DNA of 63,740 bases, the filler included, from Octopus bimaculoides (lineage: Eukaryota), in the NCBI RefSeq assembly GCF_001194135.2. It is 4 parts of 4 records of this genome, joined end to end, with 100 filler letters (N's around TTAATTAATTAA, not from the genome) between each part and the next. Parts side by side here need not be neighbours in the genome. Positions count along the whole stretch, not along the records: positions 17,675 to 37,562 come from NC_068981.1; positions 37,663 to 62,421 come from NC_068988.1; 2 more parts are not named here. One strand, written 5' to 3'. A model generated the notes under the pieces. It worked only from the letters and a program-made list of their open reading frames with translations, searched no databases and had not been told where the DNA came from. This document shows positions 37,305 through 48,519 of this stretch, one piece after another. The translations under genes and the position numbers were made by a program. Position 1 is the first letter of the stretch; each line of letters begins with the position of its first letter.

Positions 37305-37522
37305 TGTGAAATGTGTTTGTCCACCCTCCATTGGTTGACAACCGATGTTGGTGTGTTTACGTCCTCGTAACATAGTGATTTGACAAAAGAAACCGATAGA
37401 ATAAGTACTAGGCTTACAAAGCATAAATCCTAGGGTTGTTTTCTTCGACTAAAACAAAAACACTTTATAGCCGTGCTCCAGCATAGCGGCAGTTAAACAA
37501 GTAACAGAATAAAAGAATAAGA
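37305..37522 (+). mobile_element. Composite SINE tail (other tail fragments at 35170-35230, 44075-44240 - and 44705-44780)
   Basis: TTGACAACCGATGTTGGTGTGTTTAC..GAAACCGATAGAATAAGTACTAGGCTTACAAAG. Confidence 0.8.
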
Positions 37523-37662
37523 ATATATATACATATGTATGTATGTATATATATATATATATNNNNNNNNNNNNNNNNNNNNNNNNNNNNNNNNNNNNNN
37601 NNNNNNTTAATTAATTAANNNNNNNNNNNNNNNNNNNNNNNNNNNNNNNNNNNNNNNNNNNN

Positions 37663-37711
<49 letters not shown>

Positions 37712-38163
37712 CATATGCATGCAGCTATGTATATGTGCGTACCTAAACTGTGAATAAACTATATTTGTATCGATGTATAATTCAACAAAGAAATAAACTA
37801 AACAAAGTTTTGTTTAAAATTATTAAAATATAGAAGTTTATGGAGTTTTCGTTGGTGCATTTCAGAACACTGTAGAGTTTATTTATGTTAAATAATAAAG
37901 CCATTAATAATGATCGTTAATTAGAATATTAAATTAGAGCTGTTTTGTTGAAGTTTAACTTGAAAGACGAATACTGCTTTACGTATTAAACAAAGAGAAA
38001 TTGCTAGAATAAACAGTACACACATGAGAAATAATAGAAATACGAGTGTAAGAGTTCTCATTAATGAAATTATGTTAATTACTTTATTGTAGAGAATAGT
38101 CAGAACGAATACTTTCCTATGTGAACTACCAGTTAGTATTTTATATACATGTGCATGTGTGTG

Positions 38164-38259
<96 letters not shown>

Positions 38260-38391
38260 GTGAAAACTTGTTTGTATACACACACACATGTGTATATACA
38301 AATATATATACATACATATATGTATGTATGTGTATATATATGTATAAATAAATGTATATATATATATATGTATAAATTTTCTCAGTCCAAT

Positions 38392-38686
38392 TACTGAGTT
38401 ATCTCTGTGCCTTTTTTCTGAGTCATCAAACGGTGATAAACATGAGCGCAAGCTCGTCTGTGTCTACACACACACACACACACATATACGCACACTCACA
38501 CATACACATTAATATACACATACATTATATATATATATATATACACACATATGTATGTACGTATATATGTATGTATGTATGTATGTATGCATGTATGTAT
38601 GTATGTATGTATGTAGACACAGACAGACATACACTATAATATTTATCAGCTTTTGATGACTCGGAAAAAAACAGAGAATTCAATAT
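38392..38686. mobile_element. Small MITE-like element: ~75-bp imperfect TIRs around a microsatellite core
   Basis: TCTCTGT..TTTTTTCTGAGTCATCAAA..TGATAAA..CTGTGTCTACA versus TGTAGACACAG..TTTATCA..TTTGATGACTCGGAAAAAAACAGAGA. Confidence 0.55.
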
Positions 38687-39014
38687 ATCAGTATATTGAA
38701 ATGTCTGTATTACACAGGCTAAAAAGTTAGTTATTCGTCCATTACGACACAGTTTCACTTGTACAGATATTTCAAATGGTAACACTTCGGATTATTTATA
38801 TCTATGTGTTGCCATTTTCAAAAATTGGTAAAGTGCTCGCATAGATATTTCAGTGTGCTGTCATTTGAGAAATTCTTACCTGTAAATATGTTCAATAATG
38901 AGCAAGTAACTAAAATATTATACTGCAACACAAACACAAATGTACGTATACGCACTTAGATATACGTGAGTTTGTGAGCATGCACATTAAACTATATATA
39001 TATACACACATATT

Positions 39015-39051
<37 letters not shown>

Positions 39052-39568
39052 NNNNNNNNNNTTACACACACACACACACATATATATATATAAACACATA
39101 TTTACACACACACACACATATATATTTATATATATATAAATACATATTTACATATATGCATATATACATACATGCATATATACATATATACACGCACCCA
39201 CCCACACCCACATATATATATGCATATACATATACATATATATACATACACACACATACGTCCATTCGTACATACATACATACCGTACGTACGTATGGGC
39301 CAACGGAGGATATCTATTCCTCCTGGCCAAAGCTACGCTCACCAAAGGTAACTGAAGAAGCATCATCTTGCAGATCTAAACAATATTACATATATTGATG
39401 AATTTGTATATAAGATATATGTGTGGATGTATGTATATGCATGAGTATGCATATATATACATGTCAATGTATGTGCGTGTGTGTGTGTTTATCAAACTTT
39501 ATGACATCATTGGGTTATAGTAACATTAAGTTGTACGACATGTTTGCTTATATGATGCACTCTAAATA

Positions 39569-40213
39569 TCTATCTTTTAATATCCAGAGGCTATTATGAC
39601 TAGAACGACCGGAAACTGTCTCTACACCAGGCGCTATATTAGAGTGCCTTCTCTTGAATTTTTCCTAAAAAACAGATAGGCTTAAGTTGGAAAGGATGCG
39701 GTTTTGGAGTTCAATTTTCATTCATTTGTTGTTTTGATTAAATTTTCTTAATACAACATTACATACAAAAATAAGCACTGATCAATTACGCCACGTGGAA
39801 AGAGACAGGGATCATCGCGCTCAAGAGATGATGCCAAAAGGCGTTGGGAAGAAGCAAGGTCAAAGAGACGAGAGGAAACGGCTAAGATGACGGCAGAACG
39901 ACTGCAGGATAACAGAGTCACGCAACAAAGAAGGATGCGAGGAGGGACTGAGGAAGATAGAAATGCACGTCTCCAGGATGTGAGACAAAGAACAAATAGA
40001 AGACTTGCAGAAACACCTGAGATGAGGGCTGCACGACTCTTAAACAACAGGGTGAGGAAAGAAAAGAATAAGGGAGCAAGTGGAAAGACATGGATCCACT
40101 CTTTCTGCTGATAAGTTAGGTGAGATATATATGCACGCATAAGTACCATGAATTCCCATTCTACAAACTGGCAAACAATTCCGTGAATACCTTACCGGGC
40201 AACGCTGGGTAGT
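39569..40213 (+). mobile_element. Non-autonomous Helitron derivative
   Basis: 5' end A|TCTATC. ORF 39887-40111 has TEEDRNARLQDVRQR and ETPEMRAARL repeats, like RepHel N-termini. The 3' end has an imperfect hairpin ACCGGGCAACGCTGGGT followed by (T)AGT. Confidence 0.6.
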
Positions 40214-40226
40214 ATACACATATATA

Positions 40227-41577
40227 TTGGGTCATCCCATAAATAATGCGGTTTTTTCAATTGTATGAACTGAAAGTCGGAGGGGAACGGGATAAACTAC
40301 CTGCATGAACTTGCTTTATATAAAAGCAGGTAGTAATTTTACCTTGTCCTTATTCATAGTGCAAGTTTTGAAGAGTGCAGTTCGATTTTAACAGTTATTT
40401 TTTCAAAACTATAATGGAAGTGACAAAGGAGCATATTCGGCATATTTTACTTTATGAGTTCAATAAAGGCAACAACACAACGGAAAGTGCGAGGAATATT
40501 AATACAGTATTTAGGGATCGGACATTAAGCGTAAGCCAGTGTCAGTGGTGGTTCCAGAAATTTCAAGCCAGAAACTACAGCCTAGAAGACGAGCCTCAAC
40601 CTGGAAGATCTGTAGAGCTCGACGAGGACGTCCTGCAAACCCTGGTGGAACAAAATCCCATCGTAACTGTTAAGGAACAAGCAGAGAAGCTTGGATTTGA
40701 TCATTCGGATCTAGTTCGTTTCATTCACAAAATCATTTTTTAAAAGGAAGTAAAAAAAATTAGAAGAAAACTAGATCCGGTCTTTCAAACATTCATTGAC
40801 ACCTGTGTGCCATTGGCAAAGTCAGCAAATTGGGTTAATCGGTTCCTCACAAACTTTCCGAGTCTAATCGCGTGCAGAAAGTGAATGTGTGCTCTTCTCC
40901 ACGTCTCACAAATTAACCCTTTTTCAACCGAATAGTGACTAGTGACAACAAATGGGTTCTCTATAAAAATGTCAGGCGCTGAAGACAGTGGGTAGGAAAA
41001 GGAGAAACACCGGCACCCCAGGCTACAAAAAGTCTTCACCAACGTAAGGTGTTGTTATCTGTTTGGTGGGATATGAAAAGTTTAGTCCACTTTGAACTTT
41101 TAAACCCAAACCAAAGGATAACAAAGGAGATCTACTGCGAGTAGCTTGGCGGCTTAAGTCAGCACTAGAAGAAAAACGGCCATCTTTGGTTTCAAGACGA
41201 AAGGTGTTCTTCCATCAGGATAATTACTCAGCTACATCAGTGAGGATGACATTCCAGAGGCTGGGAAACGATGTCCCATCCGCCATATTCGCTGGACATT
41301 GCCCCTACTGATTATCATTTATTCCGCAGTCTTCAAAATTATTTGGATAGCAAAAATATGAATTCTGTAGACGAGGTCAGAACACTACCGGAGGAGTAGT
41401 TTTCGTCACGGAAAAGTGAATTTTGGAAGAGAAGCGTTGAAAGTCTACTGGATTGATGGAAGGACATTGTAGAAAATGAAGGAGAGTATATTTTAGATTA
41501 AAAAAGAACTATGTTTATCTTAATTTTGAAAAATAAAAGAAGTATAAAAAATCCGCATTATTTATGGGATGACCCAG
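40227..41577 (+). mobile_element. Full-length mariner element with a pseudogenised transposase (40414-41501)
   Basis: TIRs TTGGGTCATCCCATAAATAATGCGG and CCGCATTATTTATGGGATGACCCAG with TA flanks. MEVTKEHIRHILLYEF..VPHKL..IVTSDNKWVLYKN..HQDN..HPPYSLDIAPTDYHLFRSLQN. Confidence 0.93.
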
Positions 41578-43994
41578 TATATATGTGTGTGTGTGTATAC
41601 ATGCGTGTGTTTATGTGTATGTATGTATGTATGTATGTATGTATGTATGTATGTATGTATGAGTAACTTAAAATGTTATAACCCTTCTTATGAGGAAACA
41701 TTATATCGTGTCTTTCTGAAAATCTGATTCTAACACAAACAATAACTATTTCGAGTGACTATTCCTTCTATAAACATTGACACAGTACTAGAATATTGGT
41801 GCTACTTAAATGCGAAGTATATGATTATGATACAAAGACATGAAATTTTTACTATGTCGTTTGCTTCTGTCTATTTGTTTTCGTGACTAGACGATCGATT
41901 CTGTTTTACATTGTTGGACTATGTGTTCACATGTCGGTCCTATATATTCATGTGTCTAGATTAGAGTACTTATTTCAATAAATGACGAGAGATACTATCA
42001 CTTCTTGATTTATCTTACAATTAATCATAGAAAAATTGTTTAATATATCGCTAGTATTTTATCTTCTGAATACAAACACATTAGCTTCAAAGTACGTGCG
42101 TTTGGAAACAAGTAGCAGATAAACTTGTTTCATCTGGTGTTATATTTCCTTTATTTTATGATAGTTTACTATATAATATACTAGGATGAACATTAAAATA
42201 TACTGCCACTAAAACCGTTTTTGTGTGTTTGATCACTCGAATTTATAGAGACCGTATCAACACAAAAGTTAACTGATCATTTCATTGAAATACTTTCTGT
42301 ATTCAGAAAGTCAAATAAGTAGATTTTCTCGTTTATGGCGCCAAATAGTTCGGAATGATTCTTTCAATATATTTCTAAAAAGGATAAAAAAAAAAAAATT
42401 GGAAGGACAAAATAAACAAAAAAAAAATCAGATAATGTTAGTTTTCATATTGTATTACAGAAGGTTATTTGTGTGAATAAAGTGAAATTGATCGGCTGTC
42501 ATCAGTTAGATAATACTAGTGAACAGTAAAAGATTAAAATACAACGAATAAAATATCATCAATAGAAATAAATTGATGAAGATTTTGGTTGTAATGTGTG
42601 AGGTGACGGTGACTGCAAACAGAATTAAATACCATAATTCATGTTTCAAGTTAGCTCTTCAATTAGCAATGAGAAGTACATGCTATAGATAAGTAACGAT
42701 TGTATTCTCAATTGTGACCGCTCTTAGAATTACATTCATCTAAGTTGGATTGATGTCGACAGTCCGCTGATCGATTGTTCACAGGTTCATATCTCATCAC
42801 ACAGAAGATGTGCGTTATTTTTTCTTTCTTTTTTTCTTTTTTTTTTCTTTTTGGGGTGGGAGTCAAAAGTATTTAGCCCTCAATGGCTTTGACCAGTGTT
42901 CCTCTCCAAGGAAAGAGGGTCTGTGAGGATAGAAAAGCATGAAGCAAAATTACCATGTTTAATATAATTACGATGGTGCAAGACGGCGATCTATCAGAAC
43001 CATTAGCAAGCGGACAGAACGCTTAGCAGCATTTCATCTGTCTTTACGACACCAGTTCAAATACTGCAGAAGTTAACTTTGTCTTTCATCCTTTCGGCGT
43101 CGATAAAATAAGTACCATTTGAGTACACTTACTCCTTCTCATGAACTTGCTGGCCTTTTGCCAAAATTTGAAGCCAATATAATTCAGATGGTTTCCAACA
43201 AAAACTATATGGATACAAAATATGTTTCATCATCTGATTAATAAAGAGGAAAACAGAAGTGCCAAACATTCACACAAATATTTTGATAGGGTTTAGTACT
43301 TTTCAGTTCCATAACGACTGCTCTTGACTACATAAATGTAAATAGATACTAAATTTCTGATAAATGTAAACATTTGGAAACTACTTTGATTTTATCAGAC
43401 ACGACAACTGAAACACTTTTCAATCTTGATAGGCCTCGCCATCAGTAAGGAACCTAGCCATCGCCTTTGAGAAACGCAGGTTTAAGATGTCATTAAGAAA
43501 TAAGTGCTTTTGCCTCGAAAATGGCACACATTTTGTGTGTGACAAGATAGTAAGAACTACAGTTAGTGAGTGTTTAATTAGTTTATAGTGTTGGGTTTAA
43601 ATCCTCCTAGCTCCTCTAAGCTGCAATAATATGTTCGGATAAATCCTTACACGATGACTAAGTATTTCGCAATATCCCTACAATCCGATTGATTATGGGT
43701 TATTGATTATGCTATACAATGCTTCTCATTTCATACTCATAAATTCGTAACCCACACTAGTGGCACTAATGAAATTTCTACAGAGTTACCAAACTACTTC
43801 TAGGTACCATAAAGATGGAAAAATGTATGGATCTATGCAGTAAACAGTACCCCATCATTCAAAATAGGTATTTTGCTAATTTATTGTTAGATCAAATCTT
43901 GCTGTAGGTTTGGAGAAATGAACAGAATACTTCTATAGAGTAAGTTTTGTTGAATACTTATGAAAGGTAGTTGCATATAGCTATTATGAGTTTA

Positions 43995-44889
43995 GGATAA
44001 AAGCCCCCGAGGACAAAAGCCCTACGGTTATATTTTTCGGTTATATTTTTGTTTGTTTGTTTTTTTTTTTTCGCCTTTTACCTGTTTCAGTCATTAGACT
44101 GTGGCCATGCTGGGGCACCGTCTTGAAGAAGTTTTAATTGAACGTACCGACGCCAGAATTTTTTATATTTTTACTTGTTGCAGTTATTAGACTGCGGCCA
44201 TGCTGGAGCACCACCTTGAAGAATTTTTAGTCGCAGAAAAATCAGTATTTTAGGATTTAAATTTAAAGTCTTTTGTTTTCTTCTCTCAGTACCTACAGAT
44301 TAATGAGCCGACCTTTTGAACTTTCTCCAGCCGTTGAAGGTCTAACTGAATTATGGCGCCGAAGACTAGTCATTCAAACGTACTTGTTGTCGTTTATATG
44401 TTTCTCCACATATCTTGAAGTAAATGCTTTCCAGTTTGTTAGAATTCAGACAATATGTAAACATTGTGTAGTGAAGAGTTTTGTGTTCTGTTATTCTATT
44501 CTACTAATTTATTTTTGATTGAATATATTTTGTTTACTCAAAAACTGGAATTTTGGAAAATAAAAGGTTTTTTTTTTTTACAACTGCGATTTCCTTTTTT
44601 TACGTGAAATTATTAAAAAAAATTAAAGATTTGGCTGTTATTTGTAGCATTTGAAGAGACCTTCTAGGCTTAACTTGATGTGCTAGTTGAAAATCACCTA
44701 AAAAAGATTCTGGGGTCGATGCATTCGACTAAAAATTCCTTAAGGCGGTGTCCAAGTCCAATGACTGAAACAGGTAAAAAGATTTTTAGAAAATAAAAAA
44801 AATCGAAGAATAACCGAAAAATATAACCGTGGTGCTTTTGTCCGAGGGGCTTTTGTCCGAGGGGCTTTTGTCCGAGGGGTCTTTCATCC
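43995..44889. mobile_element. Non-autonomous TIR element with subterminal 15-bp tandem repeats
   Basis: Left end GGATAAAAGCCCCCGAGGACAAAAGCCCTACGGTTATATTTTTCGGTTAT. Right end ATAACCGAAAAATATAACCGT..(GCTTTTGTCCGAGGG)x3..TCATCC. SINE tails are nested inside. Confidence 0.65.
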
Positions 44890-45384
44890 GGATCTCAGTT
44901 ATAATATTTAGCTGTAATGTAAGTGTGGTGTGTAGTTGCCATTTAGTTGTGGTATAAACTGCAACCAGTAGTGTGGTCCTAGTTCGGGAATTCTAGCTTT
45001 CGAAAAGGGTGGAGGAACCTCCTATTCACTATTGTTTCTGAGTGTACTGTAACCCGGGTAGTAGCACCTGTCAGGGTCCCGGCTATGGGTTAATAAGCGT
45101 ATTAGGTTTTGCATGTGAAGACTGGATCCGACAGACTCTGCGGAAAAATATATGCCGAAACATGAACACTAAAATCTGGTGCACAGTAAAAGCAGCTTCC
45201 AAGGCGTTTGCTTCAATTAAGACGTGCTCAAAGCACAACGAGGCACGACCCTACATGTCAATCTCTCTTCGATAGCATCGTCTTCACTACACTATTATGC
45301 ACAAGTGAGATGTGTGGCTCCACAGTGACAGGCTAGAAATATTATTGTAGAAGCATATCCAGAACGAAGTAGTTCGAGAATGGA

Positions 45385-45545
45385 GGGTAGTAAATGTGAT
45401 CGCGGAATACTGAAAGAGCGAGTTCCACTGGGCTGGACATGTTCCAAGACTTACAGACAACAGATGGGTCTGTGAAGTTGTCGAGTGACCTCCAAGAGAT
45501 CAGAAGAGACCTCCATGACGATTGGAGGACGACATAGTCAAGCAA
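45385..45545 (+). mobile_element. RTE-clade LINE C-terminal fragment
   Basis: FHWAGHVPRLTDNRW..PPRDQKRP..LEDDIVK, compared with the RTE pattern WRWAGHVAR..DNRW..RGRP..W.DDI. Confidence 0.6.
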
Positions 45546-45788
45546 TTCTACTCAACTGGTACTTACTTTATCAATCCCGAAAGGATGAAAGGTCAAGTCA
45601 ACCTCGGCGGAAGAAGTTCGCAAAGCATTTTCTCAGACGGGCTAACGATTCTGCCAGCTCGCAGTCTTAAAATGTGTATTAAAATATAGAAGTTAAAGTA
45701 GCTTCAGTATCTGCCATGGTACATATTTACAGCTAAACTGTATGGATATAACGATAACTGATTAATGTACAAGGGATTGGATACAGTA

Positions 45789-45840
45789 GTGGTCCTCCAC
45801 CGGGGTCCATATGACCCTGTGGCTCCATATAAGATTTCTT
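45789..45840 (+). mobile_element. hAT (Charlie-like) terminus fragment
   Basis: GTGGTCCTCCACCGGGGTCCATATGACCC resembles CAGTGGTTCTCAACC-type hAT ends (from recall). Confidence 0.35.
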
Positions 45841-45934
45841 TGTCAAATTGTGTCGATTTGTATGTTTTGCTTTATATTTGTGTTTTCATGCATATAATTG
45901 CATACCTAGACATATGCATATATGCTTAAATGAT

Positions 45935-47238
45935 AAACTTCCGGAAAGTTTTACATATTTTTACAGTTCCACTGATGGCTTGAATCTGTAGTCTTCAAAT
46001 CAGCTTTCTCCTTTCTAGTTTTAAGAAGACTAATTTCCCAAGACTGGTACTTAGGCAGTGTGTTACATATCCCAGTGGCCCCAATAATTACAGGTATGAA
46101 CTTGAGCTTGCAATCCGGGTAAAGTAATTAAGTTTCAGGATAGTTCAGCATAGGTATTTTCTTTTTTACTGATCTTTAACTTTATCTTGACATCTGCTGG
46201 ACAGCTGATCTCCACAACTATACATGGTTTCTCTTCTCTATCCCAGATCACAATGTCAGGTCTATTATGTTTACATTTTATTGAGGTGTTTATTGAGACA
46301 TGTTCCACCAGTACTCATTATGAGTGGCTATGGCCTCTACCATACTGTTGGTTCTCATCTCTTTGGCCTCAGATTTATCCTTCCGACGGATGTCATGATA
46401 TAGTGTCCTGGTTACAACAGCATGTCTCATCGGAAGATAATGCCACGATGACATTTTTGGACAACTACTTATGATGTGGGTGAAATCTTCGGTGTTAACT
46501 TCATAAAGTCTGCTTCGGTTATCAGATTTTGCTGTTTTTCCTGCGTCTCTGTGTCTTTTGAGCATTACTTATTTAGTTGATATTTATTGTTCCTGGATTG
46601 CAAACGCTTACCCTTCAATGTGAGAGTTAGTGATCTGGTTATTGGGCAATGATAGACTGCTTTATCAATGTTACTATCATCCCGGAGCTTGCTGCTAATA
46701 TATCCATGCATAGTATTCTGATAATATACCATGCAATACATCCATGCATGGTATTCTGATAATATACCATGTAAAGGGTGGCGAGCAGGCAGAATCGTTA
46801 GCACCCGGGGTGAAATGTTTAGCGGTATTTCGTCTGCCGTTACGTTCTGACTTCAAATTCCGCTGAGGTTGACTTTGCGTTTCATCCTTTCAGGGTCGTT
46901 TAAATAAGTACCAGTTACGCACTGGGGTCGATGTAATCGACTTAATCCCTTGTTTGTCCACTCTATGTTTAACCCCCTGTGGGCAATAAAAAAAGGTATT
47001 CTGATAATATACCCTCATCCATTCATCTGATGATACGTTGCGGTAGAGTCGTGCGACTTCTTTGGGCATGTATTCTAGGTTATCAGACAAAGAATGTTGC
47101 TCAAGGAGTTGCTTTCTAAGTACCATGATGTTATCAGCCTCGTGTATCCAAACTTGGTCAGGGGATGCACTTCGATACTTGGTGGTTAAATGATGTTGGC
47201 GATGGGATATGATATGACATTCAATAGCAGTCAAGATG
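45935..47238 (-). mobile_element. R4/Dong-type non-LTR fragment interrupted by a SINE
   Basis: Minus strand, degenerate: LTAIEC..MHGYISSKL..THIISSCPKMSSWHYLPMRH..PDIVIWDREEK..VEISCPADVN..FIPVIIGATG..AISGTVKICKTF. Confidence 0.8.
46769..46994 (+). mobile_element. SINE (third family) with a 19-bp TSD
   Basis: GGTATTCTGATAATATACC at 46750-46768 and 46995-47013. Confidence 0.88.
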
Positions 47239-48051
47239 CATGTATGTACGTATGTATGTATGTATGTATGTATGTGTAAATGTGTATGTATGTGTGAATG
47301 TGTGTATGTGTGTGTGCGCGTGTGTGTGTGTGAGTATGTGTGGGTAGGTGTGTGTGTGTGTGTGTGTGGGTGTGTGTGTGTGTATCCGCATACACATTCC
47401 ATGGATATGTGTACAAGCATGCATGTTAATGCATATATGAATCTGTACATTTTGACATAAATATGTACGTACATATAAATATTTTTTTATGTCTATATAT
47501 GTGTATATTCACTTATTACATAATAAATTTCTTGAATGTTTAATGTATTTTCACAGCTCCATTCATGGTGTGTAATTGCAATTTTGTAATTGGCCGTGAC
47601 TTTCTAGATCTGGGACGCCTAGATTTTCTAAATTTGTACTCAGACACTTATTTACATAACAAGTATCCCAATGTCGTTTCGAACTGGTATACATATGTAT
47701 ACATATACATACATAAGTGCATACATACATACATACATACATACATACATACATACATACATACATACATACNNNNNNNNNNNNNNNNNNNNNNNNNNNN
47801 NNNNNNNNNNNNNNNNNNNNNNNNNNNNNNNNNNNNNNNNNNNNNNNNNNNNNNNNNNNNNNNNNNNNNNNNNNNNNNNNNNNNNNNNNNNNNNNNNNNN
47901 NNNNNNNNNNNNNNNNNNNNNNNNNNNNNNNNNNNNNNNNNNNNNNNNNNNNNNNNNNNNNNNNNNNNNNNNNNNNNNNNNNNNNNNNNNNNNNNNNNNN
48001 NNNNNNNNNNNNNNNNNNNNNNNNNNNNNNNNNNNNNNNNNNNNNNNNNNN

Positions 48052-48217
48052 GAGATTTCCTGTACAGGTGCACGGTGCGCCACACATCAGATGTTGAAGC
48101 GAGTGCAGGGTAACATAAGAAGAAGTGCTTTTACTCAAGAACACCTCGAGTTTGCCCAGTCCGGGAATCGAAACCACGATCTCACGATCGTAAGTGCAAC
48201 ACCCTAACCACTAAGCC
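48052..48217 (-). mobile_element. tRNA-derived SINE head
   Basis: Minus strand GGCTTAGTGGTTAGGGTG..GGTTTCGATTCCCGG (A-box and B-box). No complete cloverleaf or 3' acceptor stem. Confidence 0.75.
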
Positions 48218-48258
48218 TCACTCACTCACTCTCTCTCTTTTTTCTCTCTGTCTTTCTT

Positions 48259-48296
<38 letters not shown>

Positions 48297-48425
48297 TCTC
48301 TCCCTCTGTATATATCTACGTCTGTTTATGTGTGTGTGTGTGTGTGTATATCTCTATATGTCTATATTACTAAATCAGTTAAGTAATTTGGATTAATATC
48401 AATATACATAGGTGCACGCACCACG

Positions 48426-48519
<94 letters not shown>

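Noticed and set aside
43400-43451. Plus-strand micro-exon candidates (43400-43445, ~20498-20553, ~49246-49286, ~55758-55800)
   Set aside because: The splice-like flanks do not build a consistent reading frame or a recognisable protein, and such motifs are expected by chance.
48130-48217. tRNA gene candidates at SINE heads
   Set aside because: They have A-box and B-box motifs only and continue into SINE bodies, with no complete cloverleaf.
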